Shown here one piece after another: positions 42,005-55,250 of a stretch of DNA of 64,000 nt. How positions within the stretch are numbered: the first letter of the stretch is position 1; the number at the start of each line of letters is the position of its first letter. A program made the translations under genes and the position numbers. The DNA lies in the NCBI GenBank assembly GCA_002104905.1, contig MCFE01000490.1:3042-67041 (forward strand). Direction: 5' to 3'. The notes beneath the pieces are model-generated. The model ran no database searches, was not told the DNA's origin, and was given only the letters and a program-made list of their open reading frames with translations. Origin of the DNA: Basidiobolus meristosporus CBS 931.73 (lineage: Eukaryota; Fungi; Basidiobolomycota).

Positions 42005-43296
42005 CAACAGCAACCTGTTTGCAACTATTGCAAAAGGAAAGGACACACATTACACAAGTGCCTCAAAAAGAGAGATAATCAGCCAAAGATGCCTGAAAAT
42101 GGAAATGCTGCCACACCAGAAGATATACTACTTATATATGCATTCAATATTACCATCAATAAGCATTCCCGTATCCGGTATATTGACTCTGGAGCATCTC
42201 AACACTTTACACACCAAAAAGAACTTCTTAGCCATATCAAGAGATTCCAATTAAGAAGGCTTTCATGGGTGACAATAGAACACTTGATTCATTGGGAGAA
42301 GGAATTATCCAAATATGCCTTAAAAGCAGTGAAGGAAGCCATAAACTTACCTTCAAAGAGGTACTCCTTGTAACAGAAATTGCCAAGAACCCAATATTTG
42401 TAAGCAAGGCCACTGCAGAAGGACTCAGTTTCAGCATTGACATATCTAGATGCAGGATCACTGATACAAGAGGTGCCCATATTGCTATGGGTATCAGAGA
42501 TCAGAATCTATACAGGTTGACTTATGTTCCATCCTATTTGGAAGCTAATTTAAGTAATTTAAATGAAGAAACACCAATGCTTTTGCACAGGAGATTTGGG
42601 CACATCAATTTAGATTATTTGCGCAAATGATCAAAGATCAGCTAATTTCCGGACCAAAAATTGATCCACCAGCTAATTTGGAGCACTGCAAAGCCTGCAT
42701 ATATGGGAAACAAGTCAGGTAATTGTTCAACAGCTCTGGATTAGTCAATACTAAGAGAAAATTAGATCAAATTCACTCAGTTCTGTGTGGATCAATGCAT
42801 AATATATCCTTAAGCAGGATGAAGTATTTAATCACTTTTATTCATGATCATAAAGGATATAAGCAGGTCTACCTCCTGAAGAGAAAGGGAGAAGTTCTGT
42901 CTAAGCTCAGGGAATGAAAGCCATGGTGGCAAGAGAAATTAGTGAAAAAGTTAAAAAAATTGCATTGCCAATGGTGAAAAATATACCTCAAAGCTATTCA
43001 TCCACTTCTGCCAAGTTCATGGGATAAAGCAAGAGACTACAGTACCATACTCCCAACAGTGAAAAGAAGTAGCAGAGCATGCAAACAGATCAATGACTGA
43101 GATGGCAAGATCCATGAACCATGATCAACAGTTATCCTACAATTTTTGGGCAGAATTAGTTGTCAAAGCTACTTACATTAAAATTAGGAGCTATAACAAA
43201 GTATATTGTGATTCTACTCTATTTGAAGCACAATAGGGACACAGACCAAGAGCAGAACATCTAAGAATATTTGGGTGTACAGCATACGGCAAGAGA
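42005..43296 (+). mobile_element. Ty1/copia element, 5' half (gag zinc knuckle, protease, integrase), pseudogenised
   Basis: CNYCKRKGHTLHKC at 42020, YIDSGASQHF, LLHRRFGHIN, integrase-core remnants, ending LRIFGCTAYGKR at 43296. Confidence 0.88.
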
Positions 43297-43599
43297 CCCT
43301 ATGGGAAATTATTGTGATGATCCCATCAGAAGGCCACCACAGATTTATAGTTCCATGACTAAGAGGTACTGATCCTGTCAGGATACCATGCTGAGACCAT
43401 TAAAAAATAATTGCACCCCAGATTTCACCAAAAATTTAGTCAAAATTTTACATTACATGGATATATAAGTGGCTTTTGATTGGTTCCTTGCCAATTTGCT
43501 CCCTTTCTGATTCTGGATACTTGATCACCTCCTACCTTTGTGTGAATTGGTTGGCTACTGCCTCTTTTTCACACTCCTTACTTCCTAACTCAACTGTAT

Positions 43600-44560
43600 C
43601 TCTTACTTTTCATGCGTACATATTGATTTATCTCTGTCAAAACTTAAGTTGACCTCAATTGCCAACTGTACTGACCTATACAAGTCCCTATACCCTACAC
43701 TAACATTAAGCCCAACCCCACACTCAACAAGCAACTCCATTAATATCCACCACTCAATAAGTATTTCTGCTATAATGCTCTGGTTCCACAACTTTGGCAG
43801 GAACCCAATGGCTCTATGCCACTGTTCATTCACTGGTTCCCACACGTCCTGGTCTTCAGCTGGCACTGCAAGATCTCCACTCCGTTAACAGTGGTGGATA
43901 TGGAGGCTGTGATAGACAAATTGCCTTTTTCTGCAAACTCATCTACCTTAACGGAGTGTAGCTCAACTGGCTGCACTTCCAACTCTTGTGTAAACAGCTG
44001 TTTTCTTGTGGGTAATTCTTGTTAGCTATGATGAAATTCAGTCTGTTCCAGGCTTGCAGTGCTAATTGGCAAGAACTGCAGTTTTTTTGGATGCTTCCCT
44101 GTCTCAGGCTTGGGAAGACATTTTTCCCTTTACATTCTCCTTTATCACTGCCAGGGCTCTCACTGCTACTTTGTCTGAGCGCTTCTTGTAATGAGCTACA
44201 TCTTCTCCTTGATCAATTCTGCTCTGACCCATCTGTTTTGGCCTGCTTGTTCCTTGCTGGCACTCCTCTGGCAACCTGACAGTTCTTTTCTGCTTCTTTC
44301 AAGCTCCAAGCTGTAGTTGTCACAGGCTTCTAAGAAAGCTGCTGGCTTTTATCACTGCCAGGTCCTTCACTGCTCCTTTGACTGAGTGCTTCTTCTGTGG
44401 TACTATGCTTTTTCCTTGATCAATGTTGTGCTGGTGCCTCTGTGTCTGCCTGCTTATCCTTTATTGGTACTCTTCCAGCTACCTGGTGTCTCTTTGACAC
44501 TTGTCTGGAGCTTTTGGCCCTGCTTGTAATGGACCATATTCAAGTATTAGCCGTAAAGTA
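43600..44560 (-). pseudogene. Accessory ORF of the CMC element, antisense to the transposase
   Basis: Peptide DLAVPAEDQDVWEPVNEQWHRAIGF recurs in copies D (41518-41706) and C (~38500-38620). Contains a ~210-bp tandem repeat (44140-44500). Confidence 0.55.
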
Positions 44561-45085
44561 AAACCTATAAAAAGCACTTATAGTGCCAGATAGTACCAGT
44601 GGACCAAGATAGTGCCATGCATTTTTGCAACATGATACAAGCTACAGGAGCTAGATTCAGTGTGCCATGGGTATTGAGTGCTAGATCCATGTCTTTAGTC
44701 CTTCTGTGCTAATACACATCCTGCACAACATTGATCCAAAAAAAGGTCAAAAATGGATTTTCTCTATCATGATGGGTGAAGCACAGAGGCTGTTTTGCAT
44801 GAAGATGAAGAGCTAGGTTTCACACTCTGTGGCCAAGTATAGGCTTGCTTGGCTTCCCTGGCACACTCTGGCATGACTTGGCACTCATGGCTCAATGTGG
44901 CACTATCCAACAGTACAAGTCTAATTTATAATGCTTAAAAAGGTGGGTAAATCATTGCATGTTACATTTAGATAGGTGCAATATCTCAAATACAAGACTG
45001 TCTTAAGTTCACATGAGTATTGACCAAAAAGTGATATGATAGTGTTATGTGTTGAAGGTCAAACTGCTTGCCCCATGGACAAGAC

Positions 45086-45453
45086 TGTGAGTACTAAATG
45101 CAGTACCCACCCTTTGCCCAAGAGTTCTCCCCAGAGTCTTACCCAAAGTCCCCCAGTATCCTCCCATGATTCCCCCACACGCCCTCCCTTCTATCCCTAC
45201 CCTTATCTAGTTAGAACACTTACCATAACAGGAAGGTGCTCACACCCCTATTTTATAACACATTGACTATTATCTAAGCCCCCCAAGTGATATATATATG
45301 TACCCAATTGAACCAAGACAAGGGAATTGGGACAAAATAAACACAAGTCTTTATTACCTTGCTACCTTCTATTGGAAGCTACTCTGAGCCAAGTGGTACT
45401 GACTTGACCTATAAGCTCTCCCACTCACCAAGTACAGTCAGTAATAACCCACA
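45086..45453 (+). repeat. 5' LTR of gypsy element X
   Basis: TGTGAGTACT...TAACCCACA, near-identical to 52275-52642. Confidence 0.92.
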
Positions 45454-46251
45454 TATTTGGTGCTGTCTCTGCAGAAATAAGCACAAGTGAGGTAATGACT
45501 ACTACAATCAAAATAAAAACGTACAAGGGAAAGAGAGTGAAAGCCCTTGAGTGGTTTGATAAGTTTGAGAGAGTTGTGGTTGATGCAGGATGGGACAACA
45601 ATAAGAAAGTAAGGTAGTTTGCAAGATATATGGAAGGGTCAGCATGGCAATGGCATTATGGGTTGGAAGATGCAGTTAAAGACAACTGGGATGCACAGAA
45701 GAAGCCTACAAGACATGCTTTCTATATGCCAAAGGATACCACTACAAAGCCCTTCTACTGTCCTCACAGAAGAAAAGCAGTGAGAGCTATGAAGCCTACA
45801 CTGAACTGTTTCTCCAACAAGTTTGATGTCTCCCAAAGGACAAAATTGCCAAACAACAGCTCATGAGGTATTACATCATGGGCTTAGATGACAAAATAAG
45901 TCATAGGGCATCCAAAGAACAACAGGGATGTAAAACACTGCAAGAGTTGGTCAAACAAGTGCAAGGGGCATCTTGCTATGGGGGCTACCCTAGAGTGATA
46001 CAAATGATTGAAGGACAGGGATCCCCTGTAAGAAAGGAAAAATTGCCTCCCCAAAAGACCGTGAGTTATAAGAATTACGGCAAAAGGTCCAAGAACTCTT
46101 GATCAACAATGTCCAAGAAGTCCCCAAAGAAGGTGATAAACTCTGGGAAGCTGTTGTAGATCTAAAGGCCCAGGAACAAGCCCTGACCCAACAGATGGAA
46201 CAACCACAACAATAGTATCTGTGTTATGTGTGTGGAGAAGTAGGTCACCAA

Positions 46252-47189
46252 TGTAGTGGGGTGACAGTGACACCCACTGACAGATGTGCTCATTCCCTTA
46301 TTTTCTACTTCCCTATATCTCTACTACACTTATTTTAGTTTTATCCCATTTGTCTTACCCAATCAGTACTATCCCATAAGCCGGTTGACTATCACACCTG
46401 CTTACCTTATTGCATAAGTTACCCCTCACTTTATGTAAGATTACTAGCTATAAGTACTTCTATATTAGGCAAGTACCCACGCCAGTACCCGTGACACATG
46501 ATCAGCCCGTGTTACCATCCCTACCATTTCCATACCATATATGGTATCCCCATGTTACACAGGTTTCAGAATACTGATTCCTGATTGGTTGGATGTGCTG
46601 TGCCTCTTAGAACCTTCCGGCACCTACTTAGAACATTCTTAGGTCATTCTGATGTCATTAAGATTTCTATTGATCTCCGGAACCTTCTGGAACACCATGA
46701 TTAGTAATCACTTAGCCAGTGAGAAAAGTATATAAGGGAGGCTATCACTCAACAATAAATCATCATCCCTTTGATCAATATACTGACTTGTTGATTAGTG
46801 TGATCACTGCTACCTGCTGCTACCTGAACTTCCAACCCTAGACCACAGGACACTCCCAGGAAACCACGCTGACAGCCAACTGACCTTGGAGGTGCTACTT
46901 GTGAGGAATACTCAGAGTAGGTATCTTCTATCATATTTGATTCTTTCCCAAGTTTGTTCTTGTACAGGCAAAGATACTTTTCTGTCTTTGTAACTATTGA
47001 CCAAAGCTGCATTCTTATCAAGTCCCTGCTGGTGGAGTTTACAGTTGTTTTGACTTTGGAAGCTTTAGTACATTGTCATCTCAAAGGACGCTGAACCCAG
47101 CACATACTTTTGTTAAGATGCCAACTAAGTTGGGGATTGTAGCTCAATAGTTTTCCCTTGACAAGCTTGTGGCTTTATTCCCCTTCACA
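46252..47189. repeat. LTR-like repeat family Y inserted in the gag zinc knuckle of element X
   Basis: TGTAGTGGGG...CCTTCACA, directly after the ...CGEVGHQ codons. Reverse-complement copy at 40368-41305. No clean TSD. Confidence 0.82.
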
Positions 47190-48529
47190 TTAGATTAGAG
47201 ACAGAACCCAAGTATTCCTAGCAAGCTTTTGCCAGAGGTTATTGCACCCAGTGAACACCCCACACACAAAACACTTGAGAAGTGTTGGACGTATCTCTCC
47301 CTTGGACTTATACACCACCACACCGGGCTCATGAATGTGAAAAACAGTACCAACAAGAAGCCATACTGGACACAAAAGAGAAGAAGGCATCAAAAGACAG
47401 AGTCCCTCACCAGGATGCCAACGGGACTCAGTCAATCTAAGCCCTCCGGTGAGGACAGTCAAAGTGCGGAAGAAGAAGCGTCAACATGCTGCTTCTAGAG
47501 AGGAGGCAAAGGAACCTGTAGTAGAGGTTCCGTCAAAAGGAAAGAACGCGGAATTAGATGAAGAAGTACGGAATGAGCCTTGGGAAGAAGTGTTCAAGCA
47601 AACAAAGAACACTAGCACATCTTCCCATGGCCTATTCCCCATAATGAAGGTACTAGAGCAAACCAAGGCAACCCTCCCAATAACCAATTTACTGGGACTT
47701 GCCCTGGCTCTAGTGAAGGAACTGATAGAGGGATTGAAGGAGATAACAACCCTTCATGTCAACCAGACGGTCCTGCAAAAACCAAATAAAGGTACATATG
47801 TAAAGGTACACATAGAGAATAAGGAGATTCTTGCCCTTATTGACACAGGATCCTCTATGTTGATCATGTCAGAGTCATTAGCAAAATGTCTAAAATTAGA
47901 TATAGTCCCCAACAACACCATTTGAGTATGGCTAGCAAATGACCAACTGGACACAATGGTAGGTGTGGTGCCTAATTGCCCCATCCAGCTAGGCAACTTG
48001 ATAATACACCAAGATGTTGTTGTTCTACCCATTGCAGCCAACAACTTACTCATTAGCAAGAGTTGGTTTATCCAACATAAGATGGATATACTTTACAGTG
48101 CTTCTGAACTCAGGTGGGATACCAAGAGTATCCCACTGATTCATATCACCAATGAGAGCAAGGTGCGTAGCAACAGTGTGACCATCAAAGAGGTGAAGCC
48201 GTTGCAGTCTCCAATTATCACACAAAAGGTGATAAAAATACCACACACCAGTGAGACGGTGATCTCATTAGAGACACCAATAGCTTATTTGACAAGCGGA
48301 AGAATGATAACTGCAGCAAAGGCATCCAAGCAACTGGAAGGAATCTTGATCCCTAAAGTATGGATACCACCAAAATTTGAAACGCAAAGTCTGAAGTGCT
48401 TAGTGGTCAACAATGGGCAACACACAGTGACATTGCCTAGAGGAGTACCATTGTTAAACCTAGAGGAAGTTGGCGGAAACAACCAAGGACCACCTACAAA
48501 CAAGGAACCAGGAGAAGAACTCCCCAAAC

Positions 48530-48878
48530 TGTTGTAAGAGTCTTGGAGATATTGGAAGTGATTTGGAGAACAAGTAGATTATGTGGTTTACACTTAATGA
48601 TTTATTGATTGTAAAAGTAGTATTTATACTTTTACCTAGTCTTGGCATAACAAACACGTAGAATAGGTTAAGGAAGGTCCCAAGAACATGTGTGCAAAGT
48701 TTGGGGCTGTTTGGACAACTTTGAGAATTTTCATGTTCTGGGTACCTGGTATTTTGGTGAAAATATTCTAAGTAAACCCCAACCAGGAATTTGGTCAGTA
48801 TTCTCTAGGATTTGAAGGTGATGATGTAAGTGACTAAGTTAGGTGAATATTTAGGTGGAAATACGAATTTTTGCAACA
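48530..48878. repeat. Solo LTR family W (349 bp) splitting pol of element X between protease and RT
   Basis: TGTTG...CAACA termini with perfect 5-bp TSD CAAAC (48525-48529 / 48879-48883). Confidence 0.92.
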
Positions 48879-51035
48879 CAAACTAGATGTGGACCCCGGT
48901 CTACCGCTTGCATTACAAGACAAGTTCCTAGAAGGAATACGCCTGCTTGCCTGAGTATTCTCTAAGAACCAAGTAATTGGTCATATACCTGGGATATATC
49001 ACCAAATCCACCTCACTGACAAATACCCCATCAAGCAAAAAGCCTATAGGAACTCAAAAATTGTCACGGACTATATCAAAGAGACAATTGAAACTTTATT
49101 GAAAGATGATATCATTACAGAGAGCCAGTCTCCATGGGCCTCCCCCGTAGTGATAGTCCCAAAGAAAGACAGAAAGCAACACTTTTGCATTGACTACCAA
49201 AAATTGAACGCCGTCACCTGGAAGGATGTGTATCCACTACCGCAAATAGAAAACCTGTTGGACAGATTAATCAGAGCTAAATATTTTAGCTCTCTTGACT
49301 TAATCTCTGGGTATTGGCAAGTAGAAGTAGCGCCAGAAGATTGACCCAAAACCGCTTTTATAACATTGTTTGGATTATACAAATGGAACCAACTACCCTT
49401 TGACTTGTGCAATGCCCCCGCTACGTTCCAAAGGATGATTGACAAGGTGCTAGGAAATCTACAATGGGAATGCGCTCTTGTGTACCTGGACAACATCACA
49501 ATATATTCCCCCAATGTAGAAGAACATATACATGATGTGCAACATATCCTGACAGCCCTCCTTGAGAACCAACTCAAACTACACCCCAAGAAGTGCCATT
49601 CCCTGTATATGAAATTGTTGTTCCTGGGCCACAAGATCTTGGCAGATGGAATATACCCATCTACTTCACTCCTGAAGGCTGTTCAAGATACACCCGCACC
49701 AAAGGATATTAATGCAGTGTTGGGATTCCTAGGATTAGCCGGCTACTATTGCCGCTTTGTCAAAAACTTTGCAACAATAGCAGCCCCCCTATACAAATTG
49801 ACGCAAAAAGGCCAGTGTTTTGTATGGTTGGAGCCTCAAAAGAGAGCACTTGATCAGCTGAAACATTCCCTGACGTCACCGCCAGTGTTATGTTTTCCCA
49901 ATTGGGATGCAAGATTTTTTATTAACTGTGATAGAAGTCTTGCTGGTATAGGCGCCATACTGGGACAATACCACCAACCTGGCAAATTCCACCCAATCAG
50001 TTAAATGAGCCATTTGTTGAACAAACACAAACATCACTACCCCATTACCAAGATAGAATGTCTGGCTGTTGTGTATTCAATTAAACAGTTCCACACATAC
50101 ATACATGATCGCCAATTCACAATAGTAACAGACCACAGCGCACTGGTCTGGCTGATGAAAACTAAAGACTTAACTGGTCAACTAGCACATTGGGCCCTCC
50201 AACTACAAGAATACAACTTCAAAATAATTCATTGCACTGGCAAGAAGCACCAAGATGCAGACTTCCTCAGTTGCTATCCTGTTTGCCAAGTATGCGTCAG
50301 CAATGACCACAAAGACATAATCTGCCTCAAAAGAAGAGGGAAGTATCCCAAACATGTTGTTACAAACAAGCAGAAGAGAGACTTTCAAAAGAAATGGTGT
50401 CAGTACAAAGTACAAGAAAACCAATTATGGTTCCTCCAAGTACAGTTCAGAGTTGAGGTACCCCCAATAACTGCCCGCAAAGAAATAATACAAGAAAGAC
50501 ATATGTCATTAGGACATGCTAACCCTCTAACAACATACAAGATGTTAAGAAAGACATTTTATTGGAAAAAAATGATGACCAACGTTGTGAATACACTACA
50601 AAGATGCTCCACCTGCAAAAGATTTAACCAAAGTCAAAAGATAGGGACAACCGCACCATTACCACTTGACCTACCCTTCTATTGGGTAGGGATTGACTTT
50701 GTTGGGCCCTTTATGAAAACAAAGAAAGGAGAGCAATACATAATAATTGCTACCAATTATTTCTCAAAGTGGGTAGAAGCCCAAGCCATCCAAAATAGAG
50801 ACCAGAAGACAACCACCCGGTTCATTCTAGAACACCTCATCTGCTGGCACAGATATCCTCAGATACTCCTGTCTGACAATGGTGGCTCCTTCCTGAACAA
50901 CACTGTGGCCCACTTGTGCAAAATGATGGGCGTGAAACAGGTCTTCACAGCTGTGTATCACCTCCAGACCAATGGATTAACCAAGAGGATGAACCAGACA
51001 ATCAATATAGGCACAAATGATATGCACAAGGAAGT

Positions 51036-52124
51036 TTGCCCAAAGGGGAGAACAAGAGAATGCATATGGAAAGCGCCAAAGGAAACAGTTCACCCAAAAC
51101 TGGCAATACCCCTCCCACCAGCAAGAACCAAGATGATATTGACAATGAAACCAACCTGCAAGTGTTGAGAGATATGGTACAAGCATTACGTGCAATGAAA
51201 GCCACCTATGAAGAGTTGTTTGCCGGAGCAGTCATGTTGATACAAGACACAATCAGAGAGGAACAAGACAACTTACCAACACCAATACAAATCATGGAGA
51301 TACTACCCAAGAAGACTGTGTACCACCTAGGAGGAGGGTCCTTAATCATTAAGGAGAAGGATGCTGCACTGATTCCCGTATCCATACTAGACACAGTCAG
51401 ACAGAAGACACAAGGAATCAACTGTTGCGCCCTCACAAGACCTTGAGAGCCCCCCTGTTTTGTTGCATACTTGCCATTAATAGGTACCACAGTTGTTGAG
51501 GTATACTCAGACCTGGTACAAGCCGCAAAGGCACTAGAAGTAGAACTCCCAATTGAAGTACTCCTCTGAGAAATTTGCAAACATCTTGAACCACATTTCC
51601 AACAAGGAGCCTTCTTAGAGAAGATACGTGAACGGACTAAATACACCGGCAAGTTAACCCATGTGATCCACCAAGTTGCTGTGTTACAACTATTACGGTG
51701 GTTTACCATAGGACAACTCAGGAACCAGTACAAAGTCCAACTCCAAGAAGCCAAAGAAACTGCCGCAGACTCTGTAGAAACCATGAGGCAAGTACAAAAG
51801 CACCTCAATTGCGCCACAGTTTCTACAGAAGAACTACAATACATCTTGGAAGAAGCAAAAACTTGTTACCAACCATGGGTGACTGCCAACTGAGTGTACG
51901 CCCTCTTCAAAAGGTCCCTTGCCGTCATATTGGACACAAAAAGGACAAGCCCCAACAATGTTTGCAAGATAAAGAAGCAAGACTTTATTGTGCTATTGCA
52001 CCTTTTCTTGTTCTCCAACCCTCCCAAGGAACTTACCCAGAACCCTATGGTTCACCAACTATTTGGCTCTGTGGAAAACATCCCTCAAGCAATGCAAGCC
52101 ACACCCCACTCTGCTGCCAAATAG
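51036..52124 (+). pseudogene. Additional sense-strand ORF (~360 codons) between integrase and the 3' LTR of element X
   Basis: ORFs 51036-51446, 51663-51893 and 51894-52124 share one frame, broken only by three TGA codons (51444, 51567, 51891). No recognisable retroelement motif. Confidence 0.65.
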
Positions 52125-52274
52125 TATTAGGTATTTACCCGCAACCCCCTCACAAGTGACAACCAGCAATGATACTATGGTGACTCTCCATGCTCTGTGA
52201 GCAAAATTGACCCTGGAGAAGCAAGTTAGTCACAAGAACTTCAAGGACAAAGCTCCCTCTTAACCCCTGGGATA

Positions 52275-52642
52275 TGTGAGTACTAAATGCAGTACCCACT
52301 CTTTGCCCAAGAGTTCTCCCCAGAGTCCTACCCAAAGTCCCCCAGTATCCTCCCATGATTCCCCACACACCCTCCCTCCTATCCCCACCCTTATCTAGTT
52401 AGAACACTTACCATAACAGGAAGGTGCTCACACCCCTATTTTATAACACATTGACTATTATCTAAGCCCCCCCAAGTGATATATATATGTACCCAATTGA
52501 ACCAAGACAAGGGAATTGTGATGAAATAAACACAAGTCTTTATTACCTTGCTACCTTCTATTGGAAGCTACTCTGAACCAAGTGGTACTGACTTGACCTT
52601 TAAGCTCTCCCACTCACCAAGTACAGTCAGTAATAACCCACA
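52275..52642 (+). repeat. 3' LTR of gypsy element X
   Basis: Direct repeat of 45086-45453. Confidence 0.92.
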
Positions 52643-52899
52643 AATACTACTTTAATTCTACACCACAAGAGCATAGCCATCTTTGTCAACTTGTGCAAAC
52701 TAAGTCAGATGAGTTTGTGAGGCCTTTGGGCTCACCTCAACCTTCTGAATATGTCATGCAGAGTGATAGCCCTGACAAAGAAGGCCTACTGATGAATTGT
52801 GAGCTTATCTCCCCTAACAACAGTACCACGCATGAGCCTGGTTGAGTCCCAATATGAAATGAGACAGCACCCATTGAAATAAATGCTAAGGATGCTTTA

Positions 52900-55250
52900 T
52901 GGAGCCAAGTGAGCCCAGTAATCCATCTACTGGTGAAAGATGTATTGTTGTGGCTAGAGAAGTGACAGATTTCCGCTGATATCAGTAATGGGGGTGTTGA
53001 GGACTTATTACTACTTCTTGCTAAAATACTCCAAAATGCAACATACCATGTATATGGAACAAGTGGGCAACCATCATGCAGCTGGTAACATATGACCCAG
53101 AGACTTTCCTGATTCCAGCATGTGCTAACAGTTGCATGGCTTTCACATCCAAAAATGCTACCATTGCAATATGTCCAAGTTGCCAGGAATCTACTACCAT
53201 TGAAGGAAAACATTGCTCAAACTTTGGATATATTCCAGTAATACCCCATCAAAAGAAGCCCATGCAGTCCAAAAATATTTAAAGCTATAGAGTACTGCAC
53301 TCAGTTTCAATCAAGCACAAACATATCCGATATATTCAATGGCAAACGTTATAAACAGCTAAGAAGCAAGGAATACTTTGAAGGCATGTATGATAATACC
53401 TTTGACCTGGCACTTGATAGATTTACATCAAACAAGTACTCTACCAGAAGATCCTGCTGGCCACTGATTCTCATCAACCTGAATCTGCCACCTATTTTAT
53501 GGTATCATAGCAAGATTCTGATGGCAGTCTCAATGGTGTCTTGGCCTAAATCACCATCCAACCTGCATAGCTACCCGCATCCATTTATGGATGCATTTGG
53601 TGTACTTTCCAGTAGGATAACAGTAAGTGGCTGTCATGTAAAAGCACATATTATTATCTGCATTGGAGACACCCCAGCTATCAGCATGATAATTGGCTTT
53701 TCTTGGCAAAATGAACAGTTTTGCTATCATATGTGTGTGATCCAGGGGATTTACTCCTTAGCTACACACAGTACTATTACCTAAATATCAATACTAAAAG
53801 CATCATCTTCCCACAGAGATAACATACAGAAGTCAGCAAGCAAGTGCAGCAAAGTTGGCAAGCTATAAGCCATTGGCTGGAATATGGAATCAATTGGAAA
53901 CCAGAGATACTTAAGATGGAGGGTATCTGTTAGAGCAAAAGTTTTTGATTGCAAGTATTGTGTTTGCTTTTCAGCAATATTCCTATGCTGATGAATAAGT
54001 TGTTTATGGGGCATTTCAAGCTAAATGAGCCCCTTAAGATACCAGAGAAATCTGAAAGAACTGACAAGATATTACAGAGTATCCATTTCCAAAAGTACTT
54101 CTCACAGGCTCCAATAATTATTCATACATATATAAAACAATACAAATGCAAAGACTGGATTAATTGGATATGTATTTAGTTAAGTGGCACTCTGGAGCCA
54201 TTCCTACCTAGAGTCCATGGGAAGCATTGGAAGTCATATGTTTGACAATTTAGGAATATTTACCCAGAAGCAGATCACCACGGCCAATTTGACACATCTA
54301 CAGCTGTTGTGCAAGGAGTTTGTAACAGGATTTGAGCAGCTCTACTACAAACCCAAAGCTGAGCACGTAGATCTCTGCTGCTACTGTATCCACTCTTTAC
54401 TTCATGTTGCTCATTGTATGGAGAATATTGGACCTTGCTTCACCATTTGGGAGTTTCCTATGGAGCAAATGTGTGGGGAGATAGGAACACAAGTCAAGTG
54501 GCAGGTACTACCATACCCCATTCTCATCAAGAATATTACCTTCAAGTCTGTCATGGATATAATGAGTTGGCACATGGAGGACAGCTGGGAAGAGTTGGAA
54601 AATACTGAGGACAGATGTGTACATAGGGACACCAATGACTATGGCATTAAGAAGCTAAGCAGCTGCAATGCATGGGTAATGAATTAGGTAATGCAAAGTT
54701 GGGTTGGGTGCAACAAGCAACTAATTTCTATACGGAAAGCTCTACCAGGGTATGCTGGATTTTCATAGCACAAGCCAAATTCTACACCATTCAATACAGA
54801 ATGCACACAAACAAGAGCCAGAGCACACCTATAAGGGGGACTAGAATCTAGCAGGGAGAAGGAATATATTGGCTCAATACCAAGAAGCTCTTTGCAGATT
54901 TTCAGAAGGTATTCATGGCAGAAGTGGTGGCAACCAAGCATATATTTGCAAGATGTATATAATACCATCAGTACACAGTATATGACATCTTTGCAAGTAT
55001 CACACTAAAAACCATAAAGTTGAGGTGATAGAAGTATGTTGATTGTGGCAGGTATGTGCATTTGTGGTGGTTAGTAAGAAGGAGGCCATAGTTCTTATTG
55101 ATTAATACTATATGTGGCATACCCAAGGAAGTAGCGGGTAGGCAAATAAAGAGGGGTGATTCTATGGTAGAAAATATGAACCTCACAGGGGAAGGTGGAA
55201 AAAGGAAATACTATTTAGTAAATTGGTACAGTAGCATTATTCAAAACTAA
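52900..55250 (+). pseudogene. tnp2-type transposase of CMC copy A (stops and frameshifts)
   Basis: CANSCMAF...CPSC, SCWPLILINLNLPP, KAHIIICIGDTPAIS, HSLLHVAHCMENIGPCFTIWEFPMEQMCG. Confidence 0.85.

Larger units (their letters stand above)
38634..42005 (+). mobile_element. CACTA/CMC DNA transposon copy D, left arm only, carrying nested LTR insertions
   Basis: Left terminus CCCTACAAAGAATAATTGTGATGATCC matches CCCTATGGGAAATTATTGTGATGATCC at 43297. Segments 38900-39082, 39497-39705 and 41534-42000 are collinear with 43410-44040. Confidence 0.75.
45086..52642 (+). mobile_element. Ty3/gypsy LTR retrotransposon X, full structure but pseudogenised
   Basis: 368-bp direct LTRs at 45086-45453 and 52275-52642, TSD AAGAC/AATAC, PBS-like TGGTGCTG after the 5' LTR. 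Gag with CYVCGEVGH, protease LIDTGSS, RT SPWASPVVIVPKK and YLDN, RNase H, integrase GIDFVGPF and SDNGGSF. Confidence 0.92.
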
